A stretch of 32,000 bases of DNA from Nitrosospira multiformis ATCC 25196 (GTDB lineage Bacteria; Pseudomonadota; Gammaproteobacteria; Burkholderiales; Nitrosomonadaceae), in contig NC_007614.1 in assembly GCF_000196355.1 (NCBI RefSeq), positions 480,001 through 512,000 on the forward strand. Reading direction: 5' to 3'. The position numbers and the translations under genes were made by a program. Below the pieces are notes generated by a model. That model worked only from the letters and a program-made list of their open reading frames with translations. It ran no database searches and was not told the origin of the DNA. Of the stretch, positions 28,794 to 32,000 are shown piece after piece (positions within the stretch are counted from its first letter, which is position 1; each line of letters starts with the position of its first letter).

Positions 28794-30805
28794 GGGCCTT
28801 TTCCTCCTCTTCGGGCAGAGGCTGGGTCGTGCCTGGCAGTACGCTGACCCAGGTTCCTGCGCGGCCACATCCAGACACTCAACGCGGCACAGCTTAAGGC
28901 CGCCATCAATGCAGTGAATGTCCATGAATGCAGCAACAGGCCGACGAATAGCAACGAGACGAACAAACCGACAAGGAAAGGGGTATAGGAATCCTCCGGC
29001 ATTTTGAGGATGACAACCGGCTTTGCATCGATGGGCGAGGTGCCGAGTGTTTCCCGGCCCCGCATCAGCAGGTAACCTTCTTCCAATCTAGTCCGGGTAT
29101 GTTCTTTTTCTCCTTCGATCCGCCCCTCCCATAACGGGTGCCGGCTGGCGATCGTAGGAATAGTCGCAAAGTTATAAGCGGGCGGCGGGGAAGATACTGC
29201 CCATTCCAGGGTCGGCGCATCCCACGGATTGGCGCCCGCCCGGGTTCCACGTTTCAGGCTGAGGACGACATTGACGAGGAAGATCAGCACGCCAACGGCG
29301 AATATGAAGGATCCGACAGTCGTAATCAGGTTGACTTCGTCCCATCCCATGCGGGAAGGATAGGTATAAATGCGGCGCGGCATCCCGAGCAGTCCAGCGA
29401 TATGCATTGGAAAGAATCCGGCGTTGAATCCGATAAACATGGTCCAGAAACTCCACTTGCCCAGTTTTTCACTCATCATGCGCCCGGTGAATTTGGGAAA
29501 CCAGTAATAGATCGCTCCTACCACCGGAAACACGTTGATCCCAAGCAGGACATAATGCAGGTGCGCCACGATGAAGTAGGTTTCGTTAAGCTGCCAGTCG
29601 AGCGGCACCGCGGCTGTCATTACTCCCGACATGCCGCCGATGATGAACAGCGCGACGAAACCGGCAAAAAACAGAAAAGGGGTCTTGAATACGGGTTTTC
29701 CCAGCCAGATGGTCGCAATCCAGGCGAAGACGGCGACCGCGCTGGGAATGGAGATGACCATGCTGGCGGCGCCGAAAATCGACAGAGCCACTGTCGGCAG
29801 ACCGGTGGCGAACATATGATGGACCCACACCCCGAAACCGAGCAGCATGGTTGCCATGGTAGCTAGCGCCACTGCCGTGTAACCCACGAGCGGCCGGCGA
29901 CAGAATGTAGGCAGGGCATCGGAAACGATGCCCATTGCCGGAAGCACGACGACATAGACCCAGGGATGGCCGAAAATCCAGAACAAGTGCTGCCAAAGCA
30001 ATGGCTGACCGTTATTTGCGACATCAAAAAAATGCGCGCCTATCTGGCGATCAAGCCACAACAGAAAGAACGCGAGGCTGACGGCGGGGATTGCGAACAG
30101 GTTGGCCACGGACGCGGTGAGCGTTCCCCACACCAGGATGGGAACGCGGTTTATGGTCATGCCCGGCGCCCGCATCCTGAACAGCGTAACCACGAAATTA
30201 ACCGACCCTACCGTTGTGGAAATTCCGAGCAACACCATGCCGAGCGCAAAGACGTCGATATTGGGTCCGGTGTTGTATACCGGGCCCGAGAAAGGCACAT
30301 AATTGAACCAGCCCGCATTCGGCGCCTGCCCCAGAGGGAAGCTGATGTACATGAAGAGGCCGGCGAACAGAAAAATCCAGTAGGAGAGTGCATTGAGGCG
30401 CGGAAAGGCCATATCCCTGGAACCGAGCAAAAGCGGCCAGAGGTAGTTGGAGAAACCGGACAGAACCGGCAATGCATAGAGGAAAATCATGGTCACGCCA
30501 TGCATCGTGAAAAGCTGGTTGTATTGCTCCGGTGTCAGAAACGCCATATCCGGCCCGGCAAGCTGGATGCGCAGGAACAGCGCTTCGATTCCGCCGATCA
30601 CGAGGAAAAGAAAGGCCGTGACGAGATATCGTACTCCGATCGTTTTATGGTCTACTGTGGAGAGCCATCCGCGCCAACCTGGCGCCGTCTCCCAGATCTT
30701 CTCCAGACGCGCTTCGATTGGGGACCCCGCGGGAATACGTCCCACTTCCGGGATCCGTTCGAGAGGGGGGTCGATGCGATGCCGGGTGGCGTCGATAGCA
30801 GCCAT
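28790..30805 (-). CDS. coxA: Haem-copper oxidase subunit I (A-family-like, 14-helix long form) with atypical proton-pathway residues
   Basis: 671-aa ORF. Metal ligands present are H102 (MHGV), H280 and Y284 (GHPWVY), H329/H330 (WVHHMF), and H415/H417 (AHLHYV), plus the GMPRR motif. The atypical residues are W282 in place of Glu and A358 in place of Lys. Confidence 0.95.
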   Translation of the reverse strand: MAAIDATRHRIDPPLERIPEVGRIPAGSPIEARLEKIWETAPGWRGWLSTVDHKTIGVRYLVTAFLFLVIGGIEALFLRIQLAGPDMAFLTPEQYNQLFTMHGVTMIFLYALPVLSGFSNYLWPLLLGSRDMAFPRLNALSYWIFLFAGLFMYISFPLGQAPNAGWFNYVPFSGPVYNTGPNIDVFALGMVLLGISTTVGSVNFVVTLFRMRAPGMTINRVPILVWGTLTASVANLFAIPAVSLAFFLLWLDRQIGAHFFDVANNGQPLLWQHLFWIFGHPWVYVVVLPAMGIVSDALPTFCRRPLVGYTAVALATMATMLLGFGVWVHHMFATGLPTVALSIFGAASMVISIPSAVAVFAWIATIWLGKPVFKTPFLFFAGFVALFIIGGMSGVMTAAVPLDWQLNETYFIVAHLHYVLLGINVFPVVGAIYYWFPKFTGRMMSEKLGKWSFWTMFIGFNAGFFPMHIAGLLGMPRRIYTYPSRMGWDEVNLITTVGSFIFAVGVLIFLVNVVLSLKRGTRAGANPWDAPTLEWAVSSPPPAYNFATIPTIASRHPLWEGRIEGEKEHTRTRLEEGYLLMRGRETLGTSPIDAKPVVILKMPEDSYTPFLVGLFVSLLFVGLLLHSWTFTALMAALSCAALSVWMWPRRNLGQRTARHDPASARRGGKGP

Positions 30806-30814
30806 ACTCTAGTT

Positions 30815-31876
30815 CTAGTCCAGTGTCGAAAGATAGGAGGCCAGTGCTGAAGCTTCACTGTCCGATAATGCAATACTTGGCATGCGTGCTCCCGGCTTGA
30901 AGTATTGTGCGCGGGTAATCCACTCCATCAGGTGATCCGGTGTATTGGTCAACAGTCCGGCAGCAATGCGACCGCGCGAGTTCAGATGCGTGAGATCAGG
31001 ACCGTGCAGGCCTTCCGCTTCCGTTCCACGCACCGCGTGGCATCCCCCGCAGCGATCCATGAACAGCTTGTATCCATGCTCATTGTGTTCTGACACTGGG
31101 AAAGCCGTGCGGCGCTGGGCCTCTTGCCATTTCTCGAAATCCCGATCGCTTTCTGCAATCACTTCCAGATTCATATGGGCGTGGGCCGCTCCACAAAATT
31201 GTGCGCATTGACCGGCATAAATGCCGGGGACGTCTGCCTGAATCCACTTCTGATTGACCAGGCCCGGAATCATTTGAGTTTTTCCGGCGAGTACAGGTAC
31301 CCAGAACGCATGAATGACGTCCGCGCTTTTCAACTTGAGCAGCACCGGTCTGCCTACAGGTATATGAATTTCATTGGCGGTCACAAAACGTTTCGCCGGA
31401 TCGCCATGCTCGTATTCAATGTTCCACCACCAGTCGTAACCCGTTACGGTCAGGGTGAGGACTGGAGTTTCGGTGGGCTTGGCAACCGCATTGAGCACGG
31501 TCAGGAAATGAACGGTGAGCCCCGCCAATATGAAGGTGGAAATCCCTGTACCGATATAAACCCATTTGAGTCCTCCGCTCTCGGCCCCGATCATGCCGGA
31601 GTCGGCAGAGCTGCGCTTGCGAACTATGGCGATTACCAGTAGCAGTATGACGATAAGGGTAATGGCGGAGAGCAAAGCCGTCATCAGCCACCCCAGATGC
31701 ATTACGGGCGTGGCGGCAGGGCCGTAGCTGTGCAGGAAATAGTTTAAAGGGGTGCTGAGCGTGTCTGCTGCTTCGGATGGTCTTGCAGCGACCATGGATG
31801 GCGCCAGAAGCGTTATCCGGAAACGTAGGTTTTTTATTGCCGGCCTGGAATCGAAACCTGACTTGGAAGCTTTCAT
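30815..31876 (-). CDS. coxB: Haem-copper oxidase subunit II with a C-terminal mono-haem cytochrome c domain (caa3-type)
   Basis: 353-aa ORF with two N-terminal TM helices. The cupredoxin CuA site is H(AFWVP)-35 residues-CAQFCGAAHAHM. The C-terminal cytochrome c domain has CGGCH with a distal Met in GARMP. Confidence 0.92.
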   Translation of the reverse strand: MKASKSGFDSRPAIKNLRFRITLLAPSMVAARPSEAADTLSTPLNYFLHSYGPAATPVMHLGWLMTALLSAITLIVILLLVIAIVRKRSSADSGMIGAESGGLKWVYIGTGISTFILAGLTVHFLTVLNAVAKPTETPVLTLTVTGYDWWWNIEYEHGDPAKRFVTANEIHIPVGRPVLLKLKSADVIHAFWVPVLAGKTQMIPGLVNQKWIQADVPGIYAGQCAQFCGAAHAHMNLEVIAESDRDFEKWQEAQRRTAFPVSEHNEHGYKLFMDRCGGCHAVRGTEAEGLHGPDLTHLNSRGRIAAGLLTNTPDHLMEWITRAQYFKPGARMPSIALSDSEASALASYLSTLD

Positions 31877-32000
31877 GGCTTAACCAACTCCAGTGTACGC
31901 AGAGATGCAGCGATAAGCGCGATTCCGACTGCGACGGAGTGACCAAAGGCCGAACGGACTGCAAGAGAATATCGAGGTCCGTTAACCTGTGCTGGCGTGC
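31873..32000 (-). CDS. 3' end of an upstream ORF translationally coupled to coxB (partial, runs off the window)
   Basis: An open frame enters from the window edge and encodes ...SLAVRSAFGHSVAVGIALIAASLRTLELVKP. It ends in a TGA that overlaps the coxB ATG (ATGA). The tail is hydrophobic and helix-like. At 41 codons it is too short to appear in the ORF track. Confidence 0.3.
   Translation of the reverse strand, partial: TPAQVNGPRYSLAVRSAFGHSVAVGIALIAASLRTLELVKP

Noticed and set aside
28794-28925. The N-terminal 44 codons of the track ORF 28188-28925 (coxC). The first 42 codons of 27734-28306 (orf148) are the same kind of case.
   Set aside because: These extensions overlap the 3' ends of coxA and coxC respectively, and they are Cys/Pro/Arg-rich and non-hydrophobic. 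Internal starts (the GTG at 28793 in a GTGA overlap, and the ATG at 28180) give proteins of the expected length.
31416-31964. A 182-aa minus-strand ORF overlapping the 5' half of coxB in another frame.
   Set aside because: The coxB frame carries the TM helices and the CuA domain. The alternative frame is Arg/His/Ser-rich with no motif.

Overview
This window reads like a core-genome segment of a beta-proteobacterium. The evidence is the minus-strand synteny hfq-hflX-hflK-hflC-yjeT-hisZ-purA. The gene content recalls Nitrosomonadales-type chemolithotrophs, but that is only an impression and the organism cannot be determined from here. I support 28 complete protein-coding genes and one partial ORF at the right edge.

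Gene order:
- corA, ppx, phoU and rpiA (minus strand), then ilvA (plus).
- Two tandem paralogous outer-membrane beta-barrel genes (plus).
- A GNAT acetyltransferase gene, then purA, hisZ, yjeT (DUF2065), hflC, hflK, hflX and hfq (minus).
- A di-haem cytochrome c peroxidase gene and rppH (minus), then proS (plus).
- A TlpA-like thioredoxin gene, yihY and leuA (minus).
- A respiratory block: senC/SCO1 and caa3-type ctaG (plus), convergent with a tightly packed minus-strand operon. That operon is partial ORF, coxB (with a fused cytochrome c domain), coxA, coxC, a 148-aa membrane protein and a tri-haem cytochrome c.

I recognised no rRNA, tRNA, CRISPR array, transposase, integrase or phage gene.

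The most interesting signal is the oxidase operon. Subunit I keeps every haem and CuB ligand and the D-pathway entrance residues. However, the pathway-terminal Glu is Trp (GHPWVY) and the K-pathway Lys is Ala. All three Mg/Mn-site ligands, spread over subunits I and II, are also substituted. This suggests a divergent, possibly non-pumping or NO-reducing, haem-copper enzyme.

Secondary observations:
- A perfect 16-bp tandem repeat in the leuA/senC divergent region.
- A long leuA leader with a Leu-rich mini-ORF.
- A conserved vicinal Cys-Cys pair in both porin paralogs.
- A decayed small secreted-protein ORF between the porin genes.
- Several strong hairpins that lack U-tracts.

All homology statements come from motif recognition by eye. 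No database search was run.
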